The notes below the pieces were generated by a model. That model searched no databases, had not been told where the DNA came from, and worked only from the letters and a program-made list of their open reading frames with translations. A stretch of 64,000 bases of DNA from Octopus vulgaris (lineage: Eukaryota): the NCBI GenBank assembly GCA_951406725.2, contig OX597837.1, forward strand, positions 1,550,001 through 1,614,000, given 5' to 3'. Shown in pieces: positions 42,117-55,164 of this stretch. Position numbers and translations under genes: made by a program. The stretch's first letter is position 1; the number at the start of each line of letters is the position of its first letter.

Positions 42117-42808
42117 ATATATATATGTATCGTCAAATCTTATTGTAATAATAAAGGGTCAATAATAATTTTACCAGGTAGCCAGTGCGGAATTTTTAAG
42201 GTAGTAAAAAAGAATTTGGTACCTATCTATTTGCTACGGTGCATAAAGCCGACTCCTAGTTATAATTATGTATATAGTTATAAAATATTTATACACACTC
42301 ACACACACACTCACACAGACACACACATATATTTAAAAGCTATGGATAGAAATTAAAAATTCCTGTCAGATATCAATAAATCCCTTGATATTAAAAGAAT
42401 TTGCTTATCAACGTGCAACAGTTGTACAGCATGAAATGTAAATAAAATACAGATTACAGGTAAATTTTCATGCATGAACGATATATCCTCATGCATGACA
42501 GGTAAATCCAAATAATCATTGGCGGAATTTCGAGAAATCCAGTGTGTTTGACAGCAAAAAGTGCGTAGAGGGAGAAATACTTCTTTATTATAGACTTCAC
42601 CTTATAAAGATGACAATTGTTTCTATTGTTTAACATATATATATATGCATAATTAAAATTAATATTAATACTTTCGAAAGAATATGTTAACGCAATGTTA
42701 TCAAGGCGATCTAAAATTAATGAAATTCGAATTGAACATCTGAAATATTACCAATTCATAAGCGCCGAGAAAAAGAGCACTTAAAGCGAATACCATCTAA
42801 GATACTGC

Positions 42809-43603
42809 TTTATTACACACATGTGAGTGAGAACACTTTGAGATATTTTTGGTATATAACATATGTCAGATATTGCGAGTGTTGCTTCTGATTGGTCAAT
42901 CCATGGTGATGACCCGAGGTCACGGTGACGGCACTACTTTTGTCATTCATAAGTTATAACTAAACTTCATTCATTAAGTTCACGAGCAGGTAGAATGTAG
43001 CCATGTAATTAAACAAACATACTATTTTTTTATACCAGATATCACTTAAAGTCATATACACATAAAATATAAACATTTCTGGTGGTAATTCAATTTTTTG
43101 TTGCCAAAAAAATCACGACATAATTCGTCTGCTCGTCGATACTCTTGCAGTGCAGGTACTCGAAAACAGGTTTGAGTATTATTAAAGTTATTGAAGATTC
43201 AATCTGTGTTGTGTATTTCTTGAACGTGAACTTGAATGTTAACAAAATGTTAAACAGTCATCAGTTATCAGTCATTTCACCTGAAAACTTAGCGCTATAA
43301 AGTCGGACTATCTTCCTGCGGCATGACATCTTTTACAGTTACACATTGTGACGTCACTGACGTGAAATCAAGTTGTATTCATGCGCGCTTCAACACGATG
43401 TGAAGAATTTAGTTATTGGGTTAATAAAATATGGTCGTTTATTCGTGTGTAATAAATAAAATACCAAACTCATTCCCTATGGATACCGTATTTATTACAA
43501 CTCGTGGCTTGTAAACGTATCTAACGAGCGAAAGCGAGTTAGATACGTTTAAAAGCCAGTCGTTGTAATAAATACGGTATCTATAGGGAACTCGTTTGGT
43601 ATT
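42809..43603. mobile_element. Non-autonomous hairpin-type DNA element (Crypton-like, tentative)
   Basis: 12-bp inverted repeat TTTATTACACAC (42809-42820) / GTGTGTAATAAA (43445-43456) and internal ttctgattggtc, immediately followed by a ~144-bp near-perfect palindrome (43460-43603) centred on aacgagcgaaagcgagtt. The superfamily is recalled from similar architectures, not proven. Confidence 0.55.
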
Positions 43604-44439
43604 CTATATGTATTCAACTAACGGAAGAAAATATGTGTATGGTATAAAATATACATTTTCTACAGGGCGTTTCTACGAAGGATCTTTACAAAATCACCGG
43701 GAAACCAGACAAGAAACCAAGGCATTCTAACGAAATTCCTCGTAATATTTTTTCTGCCATCACAAAATCGAAAATATTTCTCTTTACCCCGACCGTCAAA
43801 GGAAAGAATTGAACAAATGATCATTTCTTTATAATCTCCTATCCAACGACGCGCTGGCACTATTTTCCATGGCTCGCTTTAAAATTCAATTAATAATGTC
43901 GATTATTTAATATCTCACCTTGAATATAACCTCCAAACAAACAACGAAAAAAATTCTCCAGAGAGTGTCTTGTGAACAAAAGCCGAAGCAATAAGTTATC
44001 ATGATATGGAAGCCATGGAATCTGGTAACGGAAGATATTAGCCTGATTGTAGTATCAACTGCAAGAATAAGTTATTGAGATATTGGTTTCTAATGAGGAA
44101 TGGTAATGATATTGGAAGTTCTTTGCAATGAAATATGGGAAGAATCGACAAAAAGGGAATATAAACGAAATGAATAGGATCGAACGCAAAACAACGCGAA
44201 ACCAAGAACACACACACACACAAATACACACCCACTGACACTTACACGTACATATACATGTTTACATATATAAATATAGTATATATTCACATATGTATAC
44301 ATATATGTATGTATGTGTGAAGTCACCTGTTTGTATAAGCGATTACGTGTTGTGCATTCATACGAGTAAATATATATATATATATATATACATAGAGGTA
44401 GAAGGGGAGAACTATACAAACACACAGTCATATATAATG

Positions 44440-44480
<41 letters not shown>

Positions 44481-44489
44481 GTGTCTGTA

Positions 44490-44660
44490 TTTGACAACGA
44501 ATGTGTATCTGTGTGTTTACTTAGCGATTCGACAAGAGACCGGTAGAATAAGTACGAGGCTTACAAAGAATAAGTCCTAGGGTCGATTTGTTCGACTAAA
44601 GGCGGTGCTCCAGCATGGCTGCAGTGAGATGACTGAAACACATAGATGAATAAAAGAATA
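44490..44660 (+). mobile_element. SINE family A, 3' half
   Basis: agaataagtacgaggcttacaaagaataagtcctagggtcgatttgttcgactaaaggcggtgctccagcatggctgcag. Confidence 0.9.
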
Positions 44661-45064
44661 TATATATAGACATATCAATGTATGTGTGTAGGCATTTATA
44701 TGTACATCTATATATATATATATATATACATACACATATGTATATGTGTAATCATTTATATGTATGTATACGTGTGTGTGTGTGTTTAGTCATATATGAG
44801 TAGTAATGTGTGTGTATAAACATGCGTATATACAACAGACATGATAAACCACGGTAGATGTAATCCCCGTAGCTGTAGCAATTCCAACACGACTTGCATT
44901 ATAGAGAAGAACAATAACAACAACAAGAGAAAAACTACGACTAGCAATATCAGAAACAATTTCCGCCGAACGAGCGGCTTCCGGTTTCATTCAATACATC
45001 TCAGTTAACTGTGAAAGTAAATTAATATTTCACCGAAAAATACAAACAAATATTGATTAACTAT

Positions 45065-45109
<45 letters not shown>

Positions 45110-45173
45110 GCGAGAGGGTGAAAGAGATAGAGGACAGTATATATGGTGTATAAGCTCACATATACTTACATGC

Positions 45174-45235
<62 letters not shown>

Positions 45236-45477
45236 CGCTTAAAAATACTTTTTGGGTTCCAATCGATTGGAGAGAGGACTTATGAGTGAAAAGCGTAAGA
45301 TTTAACGTAATAGTAATCATAATGATCGATGTATATATTGATATGGATGTGCGTATGTTATGTGTGTGTGTGTGTTAATGTCTGTCGATATATAAGTATG
45401 TGTGTGTGTGTATGTGTGCAGATATGGGTATGTATGGGTGTGTACTCGTGTGTTTAACTCTGCATACATATGGGTGT

Positions 45478-45862
45478 GGAGGTGCAATGGCCCAGTGGTT
45501 AGGGCAGCGGACTCGCGGTCGTAGGATCGCGGTTTCCATTCCCTGACCGGGCGTTGTGAGTGTTTATTGAGCGAAAACACCTAAAGATCAACGAGGTTCC
45601 AGCAGGGGTTTGTGGTGAACTCTGCTGTACTCTTTCTCACAGCTTTCTCTCACTCTTTCTTCTTGTTTCTGCTGTACCTGTATTTGAAAGGGGCCAACCT
45701 TTTGACACTTTGTGTCACGTTGAATCTCCCCGAGAATTACGTTAACGGCACACGTGTTTGTGGAGTGCTCAGTCACTTGCACACTAATTTCACGAGCAGG
45801 CTTTTCCGTTGACCGGATCAACTGGAACCCTCGTCGTTATAACCGACAGAGTGCCACCACGA
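45478..45862 (+). mobile_element. tRNA-derived SINE, family B
   Basis: Head ggtgcaatggcccagtggttagggcagcggactcgcggtcgtaggatcgcggtttccattccc. Colinear with 24321-24682. Confidence 0.9.
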
Positions 45863-46117
45863 CGCCATATGAGTATACCTACTTATGTATATATGACTTG
45901 TTTTGTTCCAATTTCTGCGTTCTGAGTTCAAATCGCAGGTAGGTATTGTAAGAATTTTATTTTTCTTTCTTTCAATATTGACTAATAAATTCCCGTTTCA
46001 AGATTGTGCATTTGAGGCGCACATTAATTTCCCTTGTACCCAAATGACCTTTGAACTTATTCCTTTCTCTTTCAATCCCATATCTATATCTTCTTTTCCC
46101 TCTTTCTCTACTTCCAG

Positions 46118-46274
46118 TTCCATCAATGAGGCAGCCACAGTTCTTCCCGACATGATTAACCATAACAGTACCGATGCGTACTTTACAGCCTTCTCGCCTA
46201 ACGATTCATACCTTAATTCGATGCCAAACTTTGCGAAGAATCTATTATACAGCAACAAAACCTTACTTCAAAAC
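46118..46274 (+). CDS. Candidate internal exon of a fasciclin (FAS1)-domain cell-adhesion protein
   Basis: Long polypyrimidine tract plus CAG acceptor (tcttcttttccctctttctctacttccag) and a consensus GTAAGT donor at 46275. 157 nt, phase 2 to phase 0, open frame SINEAATVLPDMINHNSTDAYFTAFSPNDSYLNSMPNFAKNLLYSNKTLLQN. FTAFSPND resembles the FAS1 H1 motif (T-x-F-A-P-x-N/D) followed by the helix preceding the conserved His. N-glycosylation sequons NST, NDS and NKT fit an extracellular protein. Confidence 0.65.
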
Positions 46275-46378
46275 GTAAGTATTGCTGTTGTGTTGCTTTT
46301 ATTAGTATTTACATTTTTTGTGCTTTCAAAAAAACAAACAAACTGAATCACGATGTAGAGTACCGGTTGTAAAGTTGC

Positions 46379-46392
46379 TTGCGCATGCGCAA
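46379..46392. promoter_or_regulatory. NRF1/EWG-type palindromic site
   Basis: Perfect palindrome TTGCGCATGCGCAA containing the NRF1 consensus TGCGCATGCGCA, in unique sequence ~105 bp after the candidate exon. Confidence 0.3.
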
Positions 46393-46861
46393 TCCAAATT
46401 GTGGTGACATATCAATGAATAGTCATAAAATATTTCGACAAAGAATAAACATTATACACGTTCAGTTATATTCCAAGTACTCCGTTGTTCAGTTTTGAAC
46501 ATGCATCTGCCCACAATTAGAAAGGTCTTGACAACATTTTGTTCTTAGGAAGACTTGCATTTACCCATGTAAACTTATCTTTTTTCGCGCCACTGAAATT
46601 ATTATCCAAAGGGTTGGCTGCAGATGAGGATTGATACAACTTGGTGCCTAGGACGCAAACGCCAGATGAAATTTCTCAAGTATGTCGGCTGACATTCAGT
46701 CCGTTCTGCTAGGCCACTACTCTAGATTGCTAATCCTTTATCGACACCAAAACGACGAAAATGGTCTCGGTGAACTAGCGCTGAGACACGGGAGAGAAAT
46801 CACTTTTATCTCTCTGCCAATTCACCAACTAAAAGTGTTTATTAAAATTTATTGAATGTAA

Positions 46862-47026
46862 GGCGCAGGAGTGGCTGTGTGGTAAGTAGCTTGCTAACCA
46901 ACCACATGGTTCCGGGTTCAGTCCCACTGCGTGGCATCTTGGGCAAGTGTCTTCTGCTATAGCCCCGGGCCGACCAATGCCTTGTGAGTGGATTTGGTAG
47001 ACGGAAACTGAAAGAAGCCTGTCGTA

Positions 47027-47079
<53 letters not shown>

Positions 47080-47306
47080 TTGTGTGTCTGTGTTTGTCCC
47101 CCTAGCATTGCTTGACAACCGATGCTAGTGTGTTTACGTCCCCGTCACTTAGCGGTTCAGCAAAAAGAGACCGATAGAATAAGTACTGGGCTTACAAAGA
47201 ATAAGTCCCGGGGTCGGTTTGCTCGACTAAAGGCGGTGCTCCAGCATGGCCGCAGTCAAATGACTGAAACAAGTAAAAGAGTAAAGAGTAAAGAGTAAAG
47301 AGTAAG
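46862..47306 (+). mobile_element. tRNA-derived SINE, family A, best-preserved full-length copy
   Basis: A box TGGCTGTGTGG (46872-46882), B-box-like GGTTCAGTCCC (46915-46925), internal (TA)n(GT)n at ~47025-47090, LINE-like tail 47232-47273 and (GTAAAGA)n terminal repeats. Confidence 0.95.
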
Positions 47307-48135
47307 AATGAAGCGTTTTGATTTAGTTATAATTTACATTTTTCTAGTTTTCTGTATGGAATTTCCCTAACATGATTCCAACTCGCCGGTGTGTTCGATT
47401 CCTGATAACCCCAACCTTCTCTCACGAGATTATATGATTCGTTATTACTTTTACCACCCTTTGTGGTCATTGGAAAAGCATCAGATATCTTTTCGTATCG
47501 AATAGATACGACGTATTGGCCAATATATAAATACGTGCACAAACACACGTACAGCCAAAGATATTGACCAAGGAAAACGATAGGCCGCTGAAAGGAATGT
47601 AGCCGGTTTCTTACCCTGCTTAGGGGCCTGATATATTTCTGAGAATGAAACTCGACTACTAACTGAAACCTATGTAGGTCTCAGCCCTCACTCTACATAT
47701 TCGCATAACACATACATACTAATACATTCGTTTCTGCCTGGCCATATTACTTTTGCCAGGAAGAGTTTGACAGAAACTTCGAAGAAACTCTCAACCCTAT
47801 GCCTTAGAAGAAATATGATAGTCTAGCAAACGCTTTTGAGTGAAACGTCGATTTGCGTGTTTGTCGCCAATTGTGGATAAAAAACTACGCATAAAAACTC
47901 CGAATATTAATAAATGTGTATATGTTTATAAATGTCTATGCGAATGCATTAATATGCTTGTATGTACAGATATGTAGACACACACACACACGAATAAAAT
48001 GATAGACATTTGTCGGCGATTCATAAACAAAATCTAGTTTAACCTGGATGCAACGCGTGACTTGTGTCTAAGTCAAATATCAAAAGAAATTTAAATCTTA
48101 TGCTACGCCGACAAAAACAAAAACACCAAAGCCAA

Positions 48136-48175
<40 letters not shown>

Positions 48176-49209
48176 GGCAAATGGCTTTCATTCATCCATA
48201 TAACATTCTTTTTTGAAATATCTAAATCCAAAGTTGCTGATTTATTCATTATGAAGATTTACTACAGCCAAAATTTGGCAGCGGAATTTCAAAGACTTTT
48301 TAAATACATCGTCTTAAATTTGACATTTTTCTCTGTTTTTTAAATTATTTTTTCTTCTCTTTTTGTGTGTTTATTACTTCTTTTTCTCAAGAGAAATTTG
48401 CTGCTTTTTTTCTCTTATTTTCGTTTATGCATTTTGAGTGGGTGTGAAGTGTTGTGTGAGGGATGGGATTATAATTTTGGTCCCCAGGATTTTAGGAATT
48501 GGTTCTGTACATGGCATTTAATATTTTATTAATTTCAGGTTTTTTGATGGTCGACAGTATTACGTTGAAGTAAGCTCTAATGTATGTTTGCAAGTCTTAA
48601 TAAAGTGTGTGTGTGTGTGTGCGTATAAGTGAGGGTTTCTGTATGTATGCATATGCGTGTGTATGAGTATATGTAAATATGTGCGGGGTGTGAAAGTCTT
48701 TGTGTATGTATACACGTGTGTGTGTGTGTATAATTGAATGTTTCTTTGTGTGTGTATATGAGTGTGCGTTTGTATATGTTGTGTGTATGAGTGAATATCT
48801 CAGTGAATGCATAGTTTTCTGTGTCTGTGTGTATGCGTGTGTATATTTGTTTATGTGGCATATGAACGAGTGTTTGTGTATGTATCTGTATGTGTGGAAG
48901 AAGAAGAAGAGGTTTTTCGATTAGATAAGATTATTGCAGAAATGAGCTTTAATCCCGAAATATATGCTTATATTTACCACAAATACGAGGGGAAAAAACC
49001 CTTCAATTCTCTCTTATTTTCGTTTTTGGTCCATTTATTAGAAAACTCACTCCTCGTCATATAACCAACAGTTAATTAATTTTCTAATATCCAATTACCT
49101 ATCAATTGGCGATCAATCGAATTGGTCTGGTCAATAACGACAGCGATCGTGCTGCAATTCTTTGCTACGTCTTGATGGAATTTCCAAACAAGGAAAGCAA
49201 TTCTAGCTT

Positions 49210-49752
49210 TGGTAGAAAGTCAGTAATTTTCAGAAATAAGAATCACAAGCGAAGCAAGTCGATTACTTCGATCCTAGTACTTGAATGATATTTTATTTAA
49301 TCGATCCTGAAACGGTGAAAGACATCGGTGGTATTTGAACTCAGAACGTTAATTAGCAGAAGAAAACCCACTAATCACTATGTTCGACGCAATTTTAGAA
49401 CCGAAAAACAAAAAGGCGGAAATACATTCGTCACTAAATAGACTAAGGGCATTAGTCACAATCACAAGTACCAGTTGCGTACTGGGAGTCGATCTAACTG
49501 ACTGTCGCCCCCCACTCAACAAAGATTTCGGGCCTTGTGCTTAAAGGAGAAAATAATATTTCTATAAAGTAAGGCGGCGAGTTGGTAGAATCGTTAACAC
49601 GCTGGGAGAAATGCTTAGTGGTATTTCGTCTGTCTTTACGTCCTGAGTTCAAATTCCGCCGAGATCGACTTTGCCTTTTATCCTTTTCGGGGTTGAATAT
49701 CAGTACCAGTTACTCAAAATTTTCGGGCCTTGTGCCTAGAATAGAAAAGATT
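49210..49752. mobile_element. Cluster of family C SINEs (- 49210-49392; + 3' fragment 49463-49556; + 49570-49752)
   Basis: aaggcggcgagttggtagaatcgttaacacg...gagttcaaattccgccgagatcgacttt...tttcgggccttgtgcctaga, plus the reverse motif tttgaactcagaacg at 49333. Confidence 0.85.
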
Positions 49753-50305
49753 AGTCTCCATCACTATTGCTGTATATATTACGGTGTCATCATATATCAT
49801 AATTATTTTCATGCCGTAATAGTGTTCCAAAGTCTTGAATTCTTCAGAATCATAAAATCATTCGGGACTATTTTCATAAATATACCCTTCAAACCGCAAT
49901 TTAAATATTAAGGGTCCATTTTTCTGTGGTGTACTCAACTACTTGAATAAATAGCATGGTTGGGTGAACAAGTGAATGGTTTTCACAAAAACTAATGGCG
50001 ATCTACTAGCAGTGACGAATATCAATAAATATATACGTGTACGTCGACATGTTAATAATCTCGTCGTAAAATTAGGTCCCAGGTGGGCATTTTCAGCTGC
50101 TCATGATGGAACATGTACTAGTCGTTTCATAAATATATGTACGTGCGTATATATATATATATACCTGTGTGTGTGGGAGAGAGAAAGAGAAAGGTAGCCA
50201 GCTAGCGAGTGAGAGGAAGTGGATTCGTTATACATTGCATAATATATTCGGAAACTGAGGCAGGGAAATATGTGTGTGTTTGTGTATGTGTGTATATATA
50301 TATGA

Positions 50306-50346
<41 letters not shown>

Positions 50347-51249
50347 GAGAGAGAAGGTTCTACTTAAATATAACCTCGCCCAATATCACACACAAGTGCA
50401 AACATACACATATATACATGTTCTGTCAAACTTGTATTCTCATTTAACACGCACGAGCGAGTTCTCACTCTCTTGAGAACTTCGGTGGCGAAAATCAATG
50501 TTTGTGTCACTAAATATCTCAGCCGTAACTGACAACGAGAATCTGCCAGTGAAATTGCCTGTTTTAGGGTTTCAATCGTCTCTCATCTCTTGGATAGGAA
50601 GTGTCCTGTCACACAGTGCCTTCGCACGTACACTAACGTGACTTACTCTCTGACCACGTTTCAGGTATCTTAACGTTCAGTGTTGTCGCCGTCATTCTTT
50701 GTTTTGTAACTTTGATGTCGTGTACGTTGCCACATCTCTACAAACACATACTATCACAGGGACACACACGCACGCACAGACACACACATACACACACACG
50801 CACACACACACACATACACACACACACACACACGCACACACGCACACACACACACACAGATACATTTATGTAGCTGGTAGCACCCTTTCATCATTTAAAG
50901 CTTCCGGAAATAAGCTTCAAACAGGCACAGTCTACACACGTCACAACAAAAGACACGGAATGCACCCATGTGTCATGTGAACAACCAAATTTTCTTTACC
51001 AACACATCATAGTTCGAACCCCATAGTAAGCCTCTCGGTCGTCGGTTCGCATCGTGGGTCGTGTCCCGATAGATATCGTCATTGTAATTACTGAGTGTCT
51101 GTGAGTTGTATTCAAAATTTTAAAACACTGCAGCGTAAAATGTATAAGTAACAGGCAAAGAAGGTATGACATATATAGTGTCTACTGGTGGATGGTACCC
51201 CTTTTTCATATTTTTGGACGTACCTCTGATTCATAAATACTGTCATACG

Positions 51250-51428
51250 AACGGGAAACTGACCTGGTACTCGGTCACTCTAAATAGTTTTTTTTTACTA
51301 GCTGAATTGAATGGAACATCAAGTAAAGAGCCTTGTTCAATGATAAAACGAACATCCTGGAATGGCAATCGAACCTGCGACCTCGTGATCAAGAGGCCGA
51401 TTGCCCAACTACCTGGCCAGGCACCTTC
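51250..51428 (-). mobile_element. tRNA-SINE head fragment
   Basis: Minus strand ggtgcctggccaggtagttgggcaatcggcctcttgatcacgaggtcgcaGGTTCGATTgcc (A/B-box layout). Confidence 0.55.
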
Positions 51429-51722
51429 ATAATATGCATGATTACTCTCTGGACATTATTGTTCCGAGGGCTAGAACTCTGTATTGTATACTTGTTTCCA
51501 AGACATATAAATGATCAAACTCACAGCATTCTTCCCGGATGAATGCTAGTCCGTTGTAATGTTACTTATTTAGACCTGAACACAACGGACATAACGGACC
51601 ACCCGATCGAAAACTGCGATCTTACAATCGTGAATGCAAAACGATAACCACACAGATACGTACCATCAAAAATAATTACTTAACTACGCATAATTATCCA
51701 GTTACCCGTGTATCTTTCGACT

Positions 51723-51771
51723 GAGTGATAAAACTGGAAAACTGAGTCTTAATTTTCTAGTTTTATCACTC
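51723..51771. repeat. Short hairpin, 19-bp arms (1 mismatch), 11-nt loop
   Basis: gagtgataaaactggaaaa / ttttctagttttatcactc. Confidence 0.8.
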
Positions 51772-51837
51772 GTAAAACCTCATTATTGGATAAACTTTTT
51801 GGAAGAGGGTCTGAAGAACAAATTATATATATATATT

Positions 51838-52243
51838 ATCTTTGACTTGTTTCAGCAATTAGACGGCGGCCGTGTTGAGGCACTGTATTGGAGAATTTTA
51901 GTCAAACAAACATTACTTACAAACCCCAGTACTTCCTATTTCTGTAAAACCTGGTACTTGCTCTATCGTACACCTACCTTTGTTGAACCGCTAAATTATG
52001 GGGACGTAAACGCACTGACAGTGGTTATCAAGCACTTGTGGAGGTGGAACACTGACATACACATATTATATATATATATATATATATATACAACGGACTT
52101 CTTTCAGTTTCCATCTACCATATTCACTCACAAGTCTTTGGTCGGTCTGAGGCTATTGAAAAAAACTTGGCAAAAGTACTATACAGTGAGTCTGAATCTG
52201 GAACCACATGGTTGGAAAGCAATCTCCTTACCACACAGCTACA
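51838..52243 (-). mobile_element. SINE family A, full-length, degenerate
   Basis: Tail gtttcagcaattagacggcggccgtgttgaggcac, internal (TA)n, cttctttcagtttccatctacca, head ggaaccacatggttggaaagc...cttaccacacagc. Confidence 0.85.
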
Positions 52244-53949
52244 GGACTCTTCGAATGAAGACTTTGAGCAAAATTCTAGATTGTAAGTCAACTTTCCAGA
52301 CATAAGAGCCAAATCTCACTCAGCGAGCTCTTACGTCAAATCCTATGAAGATTATAGTTAATATATCTCAATGCTTCAAATCCTGCGGTCTTCTTTTTAA
52401 GGAGATGACGGCCAAATTGGATAAGTTCTAAGGATTCTTTATATTTCAATGACATTATTTCATGAAAGCAATTATGAAATCTTGATGGTTATTGCGGAAA
52501 TATTGTTATTGGATGTGTGTGTATGCGTGTGAGAGTGTGTTCAAGAAAATTTCAAATTGTACATCAAATCTAGACGGTAATCCTTAACCTTATAACTTCT
52601 ATTCATAAAATTCCTGACGTTTTAAACACTAAAGGCTTATGGGTAGAAAATGACAAAATTGAAAGCCTAGGTGAGCTGTGAGGCTTCTTGGTGATGAAAG
52701 ATTATTGCGTGCAAGTTTATTGCGACATCTGGCGGTTGGTGTAGACATAGCGAAATTTAGAATACACCGCACACATACACGCATACACACACACATATAT
52801 ATGTATGTATACACATAAACACATTCATACATACTGTATATGAAAGAGGTTAGTTAATAACTAGAAGCCAGTTGCAATTAAATGACACATGACAAGGTTA
52901 GACGTGGATAATGATATTACAAATTATATTTAAAATTATAATACTAAATGTTAGAGTAAATTAAAATATAAATGATTCGCTACAAATAGTCACATGTTTC
53001 ACTGTATACATGCTCCTCAAACTTGATTCAGTTGATAAACTTTATAGTTAAAAATGAATGGAAACTATCTCATCGCCTTAAAAAGTATAAAACCTAAGTT
53101 GACCTCTGGCTAAATTCGAACCCAAAGCACAGAAACGTGTAAGAAACACAACAAAGAATTTTGTACAACTCTCTAACAATTCTGCTTAATTCATGGAATC
53201 TGTTTGTTAAATTAAAAAGAGTAGTGACAGATGGGAGATATGTAGGAAGTTCTGTGAGCGGAGACCTTGTCTGAATGCTTGGAAAGGAGTGACTTCAACT
53301 AAAGACGCTCGAGGGGCCAGACACGTGGTACATGTTTAACTGGGTATGGGCTTTGACCAACAATCCTCTATCTACGCACATACAAACACACGTAACCACA
53401 CTCACGCACACACACATGAGTAAGCGAGCACCAGCTTGCACATAGTCACACAATCACAAATACACGCGCTGTGTACATTAGCACGCATGTGCGCGAGCAT
53501 ATACATGCTCCTGCCCTTAGGGAGAATCATTCAAAAGCTTCCGTACCCTTTCTGTACTACGTGACATAATAATGGATTTAATGTTGTTATAGCAAGAATA
53601 CTGTACACACACACGAGCACACACACGAGCACACATACATATACACACACACAGAATCAATAACTTCATACACACAAACACACAGCCTATATCAATGGAG
53701 GCTTAGCTAGACAGAACGACTGGAATTGAACCTACATTGTTCAAACAGCACTGCACTGGATCTAAAGAACCACAACGGCTAAGGGGAAACAAAAGGACCT
53801 TGTTCAAGATGTCATGATGGAGCGTTGAATCCGAGAGCTCTGGATTGGAAAACGAACTCCTTTGCTCATCTGCCCTGCTTGATATCTCTACCATACACGT
53901 ACACCGACACAATTACATACACACAAACATACACACACATACACATACG

Positions 53950-54020
<71 letters not shown>

Positions 54021-54356
54021 TCTCACACACACGTATACATGCACGGTAACAGTATATACAAACCTTCATGTGGAGAATGGTTCAACATCTCTAGAATATT
54101 TGCAAGAGAAGATATACATACACTCGCACACATATACAAACACACACACACACACTTACACATATATACACTCGTTCATTATCATCACCTCTTATCTGCA
54201 CTGGATGACATGAGAAGAAGGGACTCAGTGATGTAACAACCATCCTCAGACAAGATATGATGTAATTAAAATATATCCCGTTGGCAGCCATGACACGTTA
54301 TGACATGAATGGTGTGCAAGATAAAGACATTCGACGTACTTGTCTATGTGTGTGTG

Positions 54357-54418
<62 letters not shown>

Positions 54419-54597
54419 CATCAATGTACGCGTGTGTATGAATACATGTACGTGTATATGTTTATACATAGATATAAGTGAGTTTCCATGCATATACATG
54501 TGTAGTTACACACTCACACAACACACACATATATATATATATATATATGCACACACACATGTGTGTGTATATATGTGTATATTCATATATATAGCCC

Positions 54598-54617
54598 TAT
54601 TATTGTTATTATTATTA

Positions 54618-54661
<44 letters not shown>

Positions 54662-54698
54662 GTTATTATTGTTATTATTATTATTGTTATTATTATTA

Positions 54699-54753
<55 letters not shown>

Positions 54754-54956
54754 GGCTGCGAGCTAACAGTATCGTTAGCACGCCGGGCGAAAAGCCTAGC
54801 ATTATTTCGTTCGTCCTTAAGTTCTGAATTCAAATTCCACCTCGGTTCATCTTTTCGCAGTCAATAAATTAAATACCAGTGAAATACTGGAACCGATGTA
54901 ATCGACAAGACCCCCGCCCCTACAAAACTTCAGGCTTTGTGCCTTCAGTAGAAAGG

Positions 54957-55013
<57 letters not shown>

Positions 55014-55060
55014 GTTATTATTATTATTATTGTTATTATTGTTATTATTATTATTATTAT
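54598..55060 (+). mobile_element. Family C SINE (54752-54958) embedded between two long (ATT)n tracts
   Basis: aaggctgcgagctaacagtatcgttagcacgccgggcgaaa...gttctgaattcaaattcc...ggctttgtgcc, with (ATT)n at 54598-54751 and 54957-55060. Confidence 0.88.
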
Positions 55061-55164
55061 CGTAAAGTATCGGACAAAATGCTGTGCCGCATTCAGTTTC
55101 GGAGTTTTCCGTTCTGAGTTCGTCGCTCGCTCGGGTGTCGACGAAACAAACTTCCAAATTGTCA

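Noticed and set aside
48539-48569. 31-nt micro-exon candidate (FFDGRQYYVE) with good splice sites
   Set aside because: Phase-incompatible with direct splicing from 46274, and no intervening exon was found.
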